NCBI GenBank assembly: GCA_008501735.1
Contig: QQUF01000033.1
Coordinates: forward strand, 65,727-129,726
Length of the DNA: 64,000 nt
From: Calditrichota bacterium
Lineage (GTDB): Bacteria > CLD3
Reading direction: 5' to 3'
A program made the position numbers and the translations under genes. Positions 37,002 to 46,025 of this stretch are shown here, piece by piece. The number at the start of each line of letters is the position of its first letter. The stretch's first letter is position 1. The notes beneath the pieces are model-generated. The model searched no databases. It was not told where the DNA came from and saw only the letters and a list, made by a program, of their open reading frames with translations.

Positions 37002-38003
37002 ATGCAAAATATCTCTAAAACTATTCTTATCAATATTCTAATTTTGTTTGGATTCTTTTTTATCCTTGAGATTGGAGCAAGGTTTTACGCTTCATTTTTT
37101 GTTGAAGGAAAATCCTTTTTTAGGGAAAGCACTTTCGTTTCACCTTGGATAACAAGTAATGATTTCCCACCACCAAAAATTGACGAAAATGGGAAATACT
37201 ATTTTAGGCACAAAACTAAACCTACTCCAAAACAAAAGCCTGAAAATACTTTCAGAATTATTACAGTCGGAGGCTCAACAACTGCAAACGAAAGAGCTTT
37301 TTATTCGGATGAAGCAGACTACGCTATCGAGCTGGAAAAACTTCTGAGCCAAAATTCAAAAGGGAAAAATATTGAAGTTTTGAATGCTGGAGCTGATGCT
37401 TACTCAACTGCACAAAGTTTGATTAACATTCAATTTAGACTCTTAGAGTTTGAACCTGATTTGATAATTTTGATGCACAATGTAAACGACCGTTCAGTTA
37501 ATTATTTTGGGAAAGTTGTAGAGGGAGATTACTCAAATAAGTATTTGGAGGAAGTTTTTCTCAATCCTGAACTTCAAGTTGGTTACTCATTTTACGGTTT
37601 CATTTTCCAGTCAAGACTCTTGGCAAAATTCGGCCTTCCTGAACTTTTGGCAAGTAAAGGAAGCATTAATTACGATAACAATATTGAAGATGGGATTAGG
37701 ATTTTCAAAAGAAACCTAACTAGCATTTCTCAAATTTGTAAACAAAATGGTGTTGAATTAATACTTCTTTCACAACCGAATTCATTTAGCAAATTTTACT
37801 TTGAAGGAGAAAAAGAACAGATAATTCTTTACGACCAAATTATTAAAGAAGTCGCTGAAGCAAACGAAGTAATTTTTGTCGATATGTTTTCAGAAATGGG
37901 TCAAGACAAAGAATTATTTGTTGACCCTGTTCACTACTCTTTAAAAGGAATTCAAAAATTTGCTAAAATCTTGAGTGAAGAAATTTCTGCAAACCTTGAG
38001 TGA
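37002..38003 (+). CDS. Membrane-anchored SGNH/GDSL hydrolase family protein
   Basis: N-terminal TM; GGSTT, EVLNAG, HNVND, FVDPVHYS..G. Confidence 0.85.
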   Translation: MQNISKTILINILILFGFFFILEIGARFYASFFVEGKSFFRESTFVSPWITSNDFPPPKIDENGKYYFRHKTKPTPKQKPENTFRIITVGGSTTANERAFYSDEADYAIELEKLLSQNSKGKNIEVLNAGADAYSTAQSLINIQFRLLEFEPDLIILMHNVNDRSVNYFGKVVEGDYSNKYLEEVFLNPELQVGYSFYGFIFQSRLLAKFGLPELLASKGSINYDNNIEDGIRIFKRNLTSISQICKQNGVELILLSQPNSFSKFYFEGEKEQIILYDQIIKEVAEANEVIFVDMFSEMGQDKELFVDPVHYSLKGIQKFAKILSEEISANLE

Positions 38004-38010
38004 CTTTTTT

Positions 38011-39051
38011 TTAACCCAAACTCCCTTCATTTGGAAAAAGATTTTCGGGCAACATTTTTTGTCGAATAAATTCTTTTTTAGCAATTTCAGTAATATCGCT
38101 TGCAAGTGCAGCTTCATAACGAATGTCGTGAACATAAGCCTTTACTCTTAACCTTGTTAAAAAAGTGTGGTTAAATTCATCTTGAACAAGCACAACAACA
38201 GGTTTTTCTAAGAAAACATACTTTGAAGTAAAAGCTGCGTCCAAAGCAATTTGTTTTGCTTTTTGAACGTCAACATTCCCAGGCAAGTAAAGCGTCGTAA
38301 CAACTTGACAATCCAATGCTCCTGCATTTGCATTTGAAACTGAATCGTTTATCACTTTGCTGTTTGGAACAGAAACTAAATTGTCGTCAGGAGTTACAAT
38401 TCTAACTGTTCTCAATCCCATATTTACAACTTCGCCGTAATGTTCACCAACTTGGATTTTATCTCCAACTTGAAACGGCTTATCCATAATTATTAAAATT
38501 CCACCAAAGATATTTTGCAAAATGTCTTGAGAAGCAAAACCAATTGCAATTCCAGCAGAAGCAGTAAAAGCCAAAAGTGATTCTTGTGTTGGGTGAAAAA
38601 TCGCAACAATTACAACATAAATTGCTGTCAGCCAAACAACAATCCGGACAATTGGAATCATTCCTTTAAGTGTAATTCTGTAAGTAGTAAACCTTTCAGC
38701 CATTAAATCTAAAAAGTAGGTAAAAGATTTAACAAGAACAACCGTTACCAAAACCAATAAAATTGTGTAAATAATTTGTCGAATTGGAAGAGCATCTTTG
38801 ATTTTCTCAGCTTGTTCTTTGACACCTTTTCCTTCTTTTACAGGAGTTTTCTTACTTACAGCAATTGTTGAATCGTTTAAAGTTTTTGCTAAAATTGACG
38901 AGTCTAAAGCAACAACAACTAAAGTGTCTTTTATTCCTAAAGTATCTATTTTCGTAGAATCTTTTTCTTCGGCTTGCAATGAGAAAAATTGGTAGCTGAC
39001 AAAGAATGTTGCAAAAAAGACTAACAAGAATTTTGTAGTAAATGATTTCAT
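38011..39051 (-). CDS. Small-conductance mechanosensitive channel (MscS family)
   Basis: AIGFASQDILQNIFGG, KPFQVGDKI, GEV..MGLRT....D..LV.VPNS. Confidence 0.92.
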   Translation of the reverse strand: MKSFTTKFLLVFFATFFVSYQFFSLQAEEKDSTKIDTLGIKDTLVVVALDSSILAKTLNDSTIAVSKKTPVKEGKGVKEQAEKIKDALPIRQIIYTILLVLVTVVLVKSFTYFLDLMAERFTTYRITLKGMIPIVRIVVWLTAIYVVIVAIFHPTQESLLAFTASAGIAIGFASQDILQNIFGGILIIMDKPFQVGDKIQVGEHYGEVVNMGLRTVRIVTPDDNLVSVPNSKVINDSVSNANAGALDCQVVTTLYLPGNVDVQKAKQIALDAAFTSKYVFLEKPVVVLVQDEFNHTFLTRLRVKAYVHDIRYEAALASDITEIAKKEFIRQKMLPENLFPNEGSLG

Positions 39052-39069
39052 TTAATATCTCAATGAACT

Positions 39070-42000
39070 TTAATTTAAGATTTTGGCTGACTTTAAAACA
39101 TTTACAATTGGAGTGTAAACAACAGGATTTAAAGAATAATGTAAAGTCGAAACTTTATCATTTACTTTCTTCTCCTCACGAATCAAACCGAGAACTAACA
39201 ACGCTTCAACAATCAAACGACTTTGGGTTACACTCGAATGAAAAATCTCAGAATGTTCTTCCAAAGTGAGTTCCGAATGTTGAATAAAAGCCGCTAGAGA
39301 ATAAAGGTAATCTTGAGGCAGTTTGTTTACGAACCTGAAATCAAGTTTAACTAATTCCTTGACATTAATTTGATTATTCTCGCCTTCGGAAACTGACGAA
39401 AGCCAGTAAAAAATTGCTAAAAGCGGATTCCCTTCTGAAATTTCTAACAATGTATCGAAAAAATTTTCTTGAATAATTTTCTGCTTTTCTTTTTCATCTT
39501 TAATCTTTTTCAGTTTGCGTTGCTCGGTGGCATTTTGAGGTTCATCAAAAAGCAAATTAAACCCACTGACGTTATGCCTTACCAAAATTAGTTTTTCAAT
39601 CTCTTCTCGATTCAAAGGTGAAAGATTAATTTTGTAATAGAAATGAGCTGAAATTTTTCCAATTTTTTCAAAGTAGCTCCAAGCATATTTTCTAACTGTT
39701 ACAACCCAAAATAATTTTTCTGAAGTTTCAGAAATTAGTCCTAAAAGACCTTTCAAAGCACTTGTTCCACTAACAACCCTCAAAAAAAGATTTTCAAAAT
39801 TTTCGATAATTACGACTTTTTTCTTTTGTTTGAACAGAAGTTTTTTTACTAACTCAAATTCAGGTTGTTCTTCAATTTCAAATGCTTGACACAAAATTTT
39901 ACAAATTCCCTCTTCGGTGTGGTAAGAGCTTTTTAAATTTATTCGAATGATTTCCTCATTTTCAAAAATCAGATTTTCAGCACAGTTGATTAGACTTGTT
40001 TTTCCATTTCCAACTTCACCAATTAATACCAAATTTGAATCTCGGCTCTCTTTCCAACGCATAAAAGCTCCGCGAATCCCAAAAATATTACTATCGCGAG
40101 CTACTAAGAAATTCTTAGCAGCAAGAGGCTCAATGTTAAAAAGTTTAGAATAAATTAATGGAAGTTTTGCTTTCTTGACTGACGCAATGTCGGTTTGGTC
40201 TTTGATTTGTATGATTTCATCTTTGCTAAATTCTTCAAATCCCAACCTCTGTGTAATCGACTTTTTCTTTAATTTAAAAAGCGTATAAAAAATTTCGAGT
40301 TTGCGTTTTGCTGTTGAAAAGTAAAGATTAGCTTTTGTTTGAACTAATTTTACAGAAGTATCGAACTTGTCCTTTGCACCACCTTTTAAAAGATGAAAAC
40401 TTGTCTTAACATCGCTTTTAGTTTGGACTAATTCTTTAATTTTGTGAAAAGCATTTTTGAGACAAGAGACAACATTTTCAGAAAATTCAATTTCGCTTTT
40501 CTGAATATTTTCCAAATGCTCTTCCATCTGCATTTTTGCACGTTCAATTCCACCAAGGACAAGGTCTTCAGCATTTTTAAGGCGTTTTTTGCTAACTCTC
40601 TCTGAATCCAATTCTGACTGTGAAAGTTCTGAATTAAATCTAATAATTTCTTCAAAACGAATAAGTTCTTCAAGGAAATTATTTAGCTCAAGAGTAAGTT
40701 TTTGATAATTTTGGGTAATATTTTCAGGAACCTCTTTTTCGAGGTAAAGATTTACAATTCCCTGTAAAGAAAGCTCAACGTAATCACAATCGTAATCAAT
40801 TTCATCTGCTTTTCTAACTTTGTCTTTTAAGGTAAGTTCAATATTTCTTGTATTTTTGACGTAATTGTTCAGGACTAAAATGAATTCAGAAATTTGATTC
40901 TTAATCTTATTTTCGTCCATCGCTTTTTGCAAAATTTCTTTTGCTTCTGAAATCGAAACCAAAATCTCACCGACTAAGCTCAGAACGCTTTCTTTCTTTT
41001 CTTCACCAGAATTTGAGTAATCAAATTCAGAATTGATTTTATCAAAATTTTTGTCTGTAATTTCAACAATATGTCTCAAAGGTTTTTCAATACAATCGTG
41101 CTTTAACTGACTGATTTCTGCAATGATTTCATTAAGCATTGCACCGATTCGGCTTGAAAGTTTATAAGTGTAAAGGTTTGCAAAAATTGAGTTTTGAAAA
41201 GCATCAGTAAACATTTCTGATTTCTTCAGAAAATTTTTATTCTTCTCATTTGTTTTTTCTAAGTGCTTTTCGGATTTTGAAAGTTCCATTGAGACTGAAA
41301 ACTCAAAAGTATTACATTTTGAAATTCCATTTTGGAAAGAGCCAAAATGTGAGATTAAATTTGCAATTAAATTGTCAGATAAAATTTGTTCAGATTCAGA
41401 AATTTTTGTTACAAAATTATTGGTCTCAGCAGAAAGTTTTTCCTTAGAATTTTCAATAATTTCTAAGATTTCTTCTAACTTAGCTTCTTCTGTGTCTAAG
41501 CGATCCAAAATCTCATTTGTTGACTCAATTACAACTTCAATATTTTCTTCGATAAACTTTAGGACGAAAACAGAAGAATCATTTAAAATGAATAATTCTT
41601 TACAACTATCAGCCAAAAAATTATTTTCAAAAATATTTTTTAATTTTTGGACTTCAATATTTCTTGAAGCACCTTTTTTAAATTTTCTTTTTAATAATTT
41701 TCCAGCATTTACAAAAACAGAATCACCAGTCTGAGTATTGTATCTTACTTGCTCTTGTGGAATTGAAAAAGAATCTGAGTCTTGTTTTTTCAAAAAATTT
41801 TTCAATTTTTCAAATAACTCAGCTTGGCTTGGAATATCAAACTCATCAAAAGAATAAAGAAAATCATTCAAAAACCATTCAGCCATCTCACGACGTGATT
41901 TACGAATTTCTGATTTTATTTTTTCTCGCAATTCATCTTCTTGGAGGCTTTCAACTTCAACAAAAGTTGCCAAATCTTTAAAATAATTAAAAGATTTTTG

Positions 42001-42207
42001 CCGAAATTTGTAAACAAATCTTAAAAGCGAGAAACGCTTCTTTTCAATAGTTTCAATTTTAAAATATTTGAAACTTCTTTTAATTTCATTTGAAAATTGA
42101 AGAACTGCTTTTCCGACTTCTTGGTTTTCAAATTCAGAAATCTTAAAAACTAATTCTTTCGAGTCTTGAGTTTGAGAATTACCAGACTCTTGAATTTTAT
42201 CAGACAT
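39070..42207 (-). CDS. Large helical/coiled-coil protein with C-terminal P-loop ATPase (AAA-like) and probable winged-helix domain
   Basis: Walker A GEVGNGKTS, Walker B-like VVIIENFEN, SEGNPL motif; long N-terminal helical region; 18 bp upstream of mscS on the same strand. Confidence 0.75.
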   Translation of the reverse strand: MSDKIQESGNSQTQDSKELVFKISEFENQEVGKAVLQFSNEIKRSFKYFKIETIEKKRFSLLRFVYKFRQKSFNYFKDLATFVEVESLQEDELREKIKSEIRKSRREMAEWFLNDFLYSFDEFDIPSQAELFEKLKNFLKKQDSDSFSIPQEQVRYNTQTGDSVFVNAGKLLKRKFKKGASRNIEVQKLKNIFENNFLADSCKELFILNDSSVFVLKFIEENIEVVIESTNEILDRLDTEEAKLEEILEIIENSKEKLSAETNNFVTKISESEQILSDNLIANLISHFGSFQNGISKCNTFEFSVSMELSKSEKHLEKTNEKNKNFLKKSEMFTDAFQNSIFANLYTYKLSSRIGAMLNEIIAEISQLKHDCIEKPLRHIVEITDKNFDKINSEFDYSNSGEEKKESVLSLVGEILVSISEAKEILQKAMDENKIKNQISEFILVLNNYVKNTRNIELTLKDKVRKADEIDYDCDYVELSLQGIVNLYLEKEVPENITQNYQKLTLELNNFLEELIRFEEIIRFNSELSQSELDSERVSKKRLKNAEDLVLGGIERAKMQMEEHLENIQKSEIEFSENVVSCLKNAFHKIKELVQTKSDVKTSFHLLKGGAKDKFDTSVKLVQTKANLYFSTAKRKLEIFYTLFKLKKKSITQRLGFEEFSKDEIIQIKDQTDIASVKKAKLPLIYSKLFNIEPLAAKNFLVARDSNIFGIRGAFMRWKESRDSNLVLIGEVGNGKTSLINCAENLIFENEEIIRINLKSSYHTEEGICKILCQAFEIEEQPEFELVKKLLFKQKKKVVIIENFENLFLRVVSGTSALKGLLGLISETSEKLFWVVTVRKYAWSYFEKIGKISAHFYYKINLSPLNREEIEKLILVRHNVSGFNLLFDEPQNATEQRKLKKIKDEKEKQKIIQENFFDTLLEISEGNPLLAIFYWLSSVSEGENNQINVKELVKLDFRFVNKLPQDYLYSLAAFIQHSELTLEEHSEIFHSSVTQSRLIVEALLVLGLIREEKKVNDKVSTLHYSLNPVVYTPIVNVLKSAKILN

Positions 42208-42308
42208 TCACAACCTACTACTAAATGATTCAGTAATTATAACAAATGAATTTTAAAAATTTTAAAAAAGATTTTAAGTAATTTCTGAGTTTTATTACTC
42301 GAAAACAA

Positions 42309-42980
42309 TTACCAAAATAGGCTTTTAAAATAAATTTTTACGAAGTTTGAGATGTCGCGTAAAGCTCGAATTTCGCTTTTTTCATCTCCATAAATTGTAG
42401 GAATCTCTATAAAGGAAATTTTGAAATTCCTTATTCCCGCTTTAATCAAAATCTCTGATTCTAACTCGTAACGAGAAGTCGTAAGTTCAATTTTACTAAG
42501 CATTTTTGTCGAATAAAGCCTAAAACCAGATTGACTATCTTCGATTTTTTGCCCAGTTCTAATTGAAAGCAAAAATGAAGTAATCGTATTTGAAGCTCTT
42601 CTGTGCATTGGCATTGTTTGCAAGTCCTTCATTCTTGAGCCAACCACTAAATCAGAACTTGTTTTTTCTTGACATTCTAAAAAGTTTGGGATTTTTTCAG
42701 GCAAGTGTTGAAGGTCGGAATCAATTGTTAAAACGAAGTCAAAATCATTTTTGATTGCCCACGAAAAGCCATTCTTAAGAGCTTCACCTTTACCAAAATT
42801 TTTTTCGTGTAACAAAGTTTTAGCTCCAAAAGATTCAGCTATCTCCAAAGTTTTATCTTTTGAGCCGTCATCAACAACTAATATTTTATCTCTATAAGGA
42901 AGAATTTTAGAAACTCTTGAAAGCAATTCTTCAAGAGTTCTTTCAGAATTGAAAGCAGGGATTAAAACACAAAAACTCAC
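42309..42980 (-). CDS. Glycosyltransferase family 2
   Basis: LIPAFN, VVDDGSKD, GKGEAL, DSDLQH, DSQSGFR. Confidence 0.92.
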   Translation of the reverse strand: MSFCVLIPAFNSERTLEELLSRVSKILPYRDKILVVDDGSKDKTLEIAESFGAKTLLHEKNFGKGEALKNGFSWAIKNDFDFVLTIDSDLQHLPEKIPNFLECQEKTSSDLVVGSRMKDLQTMPMHRRASNTITSFLLSIRTGQKIEDSQSGFRLYSTKMLSKIELTTSRYELESEILIKAGIRNFKISFIEIPTIYGDEKSEIRALRDISNFVKIYFKSLFW

Positions 42981-42983
42981 AAC

Positions 42984-45338
42984 CTACTCACGAATAATTG
43001 CAACCTTAGATACTGCGGAACTTTCTTGGAATCCGTTGTCATAAAGAATCACAACGTAAACTCCAGTGGCAACTAATTTGCCGTCTGCATTTTTAGAATC
43101 CCAAACAATATTCCCACCTCCAGAAGGTGCTTCCAAACTTCTCACAAAACGTCCTGAGGAAGTGTAAATTTTGACTTCTGAATTTGAAGGTGCAGGTCGG
43201 ATTGTAATTGAATTTGATTTGCTCGGTGCAATTCTTGCTGGATTTGGGAAAATGTCAATTTCAGAAAGTTCGTCAGGTGTTGGAAATTTTCCCGTTGAAA
43301 GAATTGCAAGACCTGAATTTGTAGCGATGAATGCTTTTGTGTCTTCACCTTCAGGAGTGAAAAATTTTATATCATTAATTGCATTTTCAGGCAAAGGGCT
43401 GTTACTTGTAGAATAATTTTCGATAAAATCGTAAGTCCCAGGATTCAGGACGCTAATTCCTCTGTCAGTCCCAAACCAAACCTTACCTGTTGGGTCAACT
43501 TCAACACAAAAAATATTATCGCTTAGAATTCGATTTCCAGGTAGACCAAAAATTCTTTCAACAAAAGGCGAATTCGCAGAAGTGTTCAGTCTGTAAGCTC
43601 CGTCTGGAGTTCCAACCCAACCTTCTCCATTTTGGTCAATTTCAAAATCTCGAACTTTACTATTTTCTAAGCCATTGTTAGTTTTGCTAATTGTGTAGTA
43701 AAAATCATCACTTTGGTCATCAAAAGTGTAATTGTGTTCTACTTGAACAATTGGATAATCAAAGTCATTAGTAAAAGATGTAACCCAAGCGTGTCCTTGA
43801 AAATCAAATCGGATTTCTTCAATTGAAGTCGTGTAAAGCCCTTCCAAATTAGAAAGTGTAGGAAAAGGAGCAACTTTCATTCCACCAAGTTTAGTTTTTG
43901 TAGTGTCATTTTTTACAACAACAACAACGTCTTTAGTCTCAGGGACAAGTTTATTCGAAAGCCAAATATTTCCTCTTGGGTCTTCTGCAATTCCTTGAAC
44001 AATTACAAAAGTTGTATCTCCACTATTCAAAAATGCTCCGCTCAAAATATCTGTATAAAAATGTGTGTAAGTGTCTTTTGTTGCCTCATTCTGTTGAACT
44101 CTAACAACTCCCTTTCCAGGGTTTCCGAGCCAAATATTATTTTTGGAATCTGCGAAAATCTCAAAATGTGAATTTGAAATAATTTCTGGGGTATTAGCCG
44201 TATTTAGGTGATTCCAAATTCCATTTTCATAAGTCATTACCCCAAAAGAAATCGGCTTTTCTGGTGAACGACCTGTCAAAACCCAAAGTTTACCTTTTGT
44301 ATCAACAGCGATTTTATCGAAAAAATTGGTAACAGGAACATTCAAAGCAATTTCAGACCATTCAGTCTCAAACCTAAAAAAACCTTCTTTTTCGGTTCCA
44401 ACTAAAAAATCTCCATTTTCTAATTGAACTAAATCTATTGGATTTGGTAAATTTTCTCCACCCATAATTTGTGTCCAATTGTTCCCGTCAAATTTAAAGA
44501 TACCAGCGGAAGTACAAGAATAAAGTTCGGAATTGATAACTTTAAGGGAGTTTATATTTCCTGATGGAGAATTAATTTCTTCAATTTCTAACTGAGTAAC
44601 ACTTAAATGAGTATCTAAAGTCAATTGAAAACTAATTTTAAAAATGCCTGACTCTGTATGCAAAAAGTATTTATTTTTGTTAGAGACAGAATCAAAGTTT
44701 TTGGTAATCGAAAAAATATCGTTTGCTGTTGGAAGTAAAAAAGATGTCCAATTATTCGGGTCTTGAATGTTTGGAACAGTTAGTAAAGTTATTGCTAACC
44801 CTTTTTCTGTTCCTACAAGAAGAATATCTCCATCTTTGTAAAAAGAATAAATTTGAGGCTCAGTTCCAATCGCAGTTCCAAAATTTTGAATTGACTCGAG
44901 TACTTTTAAATCAGTTCTTGAAATAATATTGATTTGATTTAAAGTTGCTGCAATAACGGTATCAGATTTAGCATCAATTTGAATTACTTCACTTCCACCA
45001 AAGTCTGCAAAAGATTGGATTGTTCCCGAAGCAGAATCCCAAATTTTTATTTTACCACTTTCTTGGAAACCAAGCCAAGTTTTACCTTCTGAATCAATTG
45101 AAACAGCTGTTAAGTCCAATTCGGTTAGCCCATCGTTTTTAGAAATAATTTCAACAGAATTTCCATTTTCGGTTACAAGACCTCCATCAGTCGCAGCAAA
45201 CCATTTTCCATTTTTGAAATCTAAATCTTTTACTGAGTTTACAGAAGTAAAGACTTGCCAATTTGAAAAGTCTTGAGAAAAAAGAGTGGGAATTTGAAGA
45301 CTCAAACACAAACCCCAAAGACACATTTTTTTGAACAT
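42984..45338 (-). CDS. porZ: PorZ-like beta-propeller protein with C-terminal FlgD/T9SS-type domain
   Basis: Signal peptide; repeated D..G..W.GT..G propeller blades; NSPLPEN.I..I; C-terminal IFPNP...VKIYT.SG..VR.L....WD.KN..G..VATGVY. Confidence 0.65.
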   Translation of the reverse strand: MFKKMCLWGLCLSLQIPTLFSQDFSNWQVFTSVNSVKDLDFKNGKWFAATDGGLVTENGNSVEIISKNDGLTELDLTAVSIDSEGKTWLGFQESGKIKIWDSASGTIQSFADFGGSEVIQIDAKSDTVIAATLNQINIISRTDLKVLESIQNFGTAIGTEPQIYSFYKDGDILLVGTEKGLAITLLTVPNIQDPNNWTSFLLPTANDIFSITKNFDSVSNKNKYFLHTESGIFKISFQLTLDTHLSVTQLEIEEINSPSGNINSLKVINSELYSCTSAGIFKFDGNNWTQIMGGENLPNPIDLVQLENGDFLVGTEKEGFFRFETEWSEIALNVPVTNFFDKIAVDTKGKLWVLTGRSPEKPISFGVMTYENGIWNHLNTANTPEIISNSHFEIFADSKNNIWLGNPGKGVVRVQQNEATKDTYTHFYTDILSGAFLNSGDTTFVIVQGIAEDPRGNIWLSNKLVPETKDVVVVVKNDTTKTKLGGMKVAPFPTLSNLEGLYTTSIEEIRFDFQGHAWVTSFTNDFDYPIVQVEHNYTFDDQSDDFYYTISKTNNGLENSKVRDFEIDQNGEGWVGTPDGAYRLNTSANSPFVERIFGLPGNRILSDNIFCVEVDPTGKVWFGTDRGISVLNPGTYDFIENYSTSNSPLPENAINDIKFFTPEGEDTKAFIATNSGLAILSTGKFPTPDELSEIDIFPNPARIAPSKSNSITIRPAPSNSEVKIYTSSGRFVRSLEAPSGGGNIVWDSKNADGKLVATGVYVVILYDNGFQESSAVSKVAIIRE

Positions 45339-45386
45339 TAAGTTCTTCCTTTTTGGTTAAAAAATTACCCGTAGAACCAAAACAGA

Positions 45387-45854
45387 TTAAATTTGCTCAA
45401 ATAGATTTGCCATTTCAATTGCTCCCAAAGCAGAATCCCAACCTTTATTTCCTGCTTTTGTTCCTGCTCTTTCGATAGCTTGTTCGATTGTATCAGTTGT
45501 AAGAACACCAAAAGAAATAGGAATATCAGTTTCAATACTTACGTTTGCAATTCCTTTTGAAACTTCTGCAGAAACATAATCGAAATGTGGAGTTGCTCCT
45601 CGAATAACAGCTCCAAGACAAATTATTGCATTAAATTTTCCTGATTTAGCAATTTTCTTAGCTACAAGTGGAATTTCATAAGAACCTGGAACCCAAAAGA
45701 TTTCAATATTTTTTTCATCAACTTTGTGCCTTGTAAGACAATCAATACTTCCGCTAAGAAGTTTTGAGCCGATTAGTTCATTGAAACGACTTACGATTAC
45801 CGCAAACTTATGATTTTCATTTGCAACCAAATTTCCTTGAGTAACTTTTAACAT
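45387..45854 (-). CDS. ribH: 6,7-dimethyl-8-ribityllumazine synthase (start corrected to ATG 45854)
   Basis: [59 protein letters not shown] before 45854. Confidence 0.97.
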   Translation of the reverse strand: MLKVTQGNLVANENHKFAVIVSRFNELIGSKLLSGSIDCLTRHKVDEKNIEIFWVPGSYEIPLVAKKIAKSGKFNAIICLGAVIRGATPHFDYVSAEVSKGIANVSIETDIPISFGVLTTDTIEQAIERAGTKAGNKGWDSALGAIEMANLFEQI

Positions 45855-45957
45855 AAAAACCTCTAAAATTGTATTTTTCACTTTTTTGTTAACGCAAAAG
45901 TCAATTGAGAATTTCACGTCGGGCAAAGTTAGTAAATTTTTGAAAAATTCATTTGGG

Positions 45958-46003
45958 AAAAATTGAGTAGAGACGTAACAGACCACGCCTCTACTCAATT
46001 TTT
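45958..46003. repeat. GTAG-type REP-like palindrome
   Basis: AAAAATTGAGTAGAGACG-N10-CGCCTCTACTCAATTTTT, an intergenic hairpin with GTAG...CTAC ends. Confidence 0.65.
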
Positions 46004-46025
46004 GTAAAATCTAGAAATGTTCAAA

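Noticed and set aside
45855..45998. N-terminal extension of ribH in the ORF track
   Set aside because: It runs through a REP hairpin and promoter region; RibH homology and an SD point to ATG 45854
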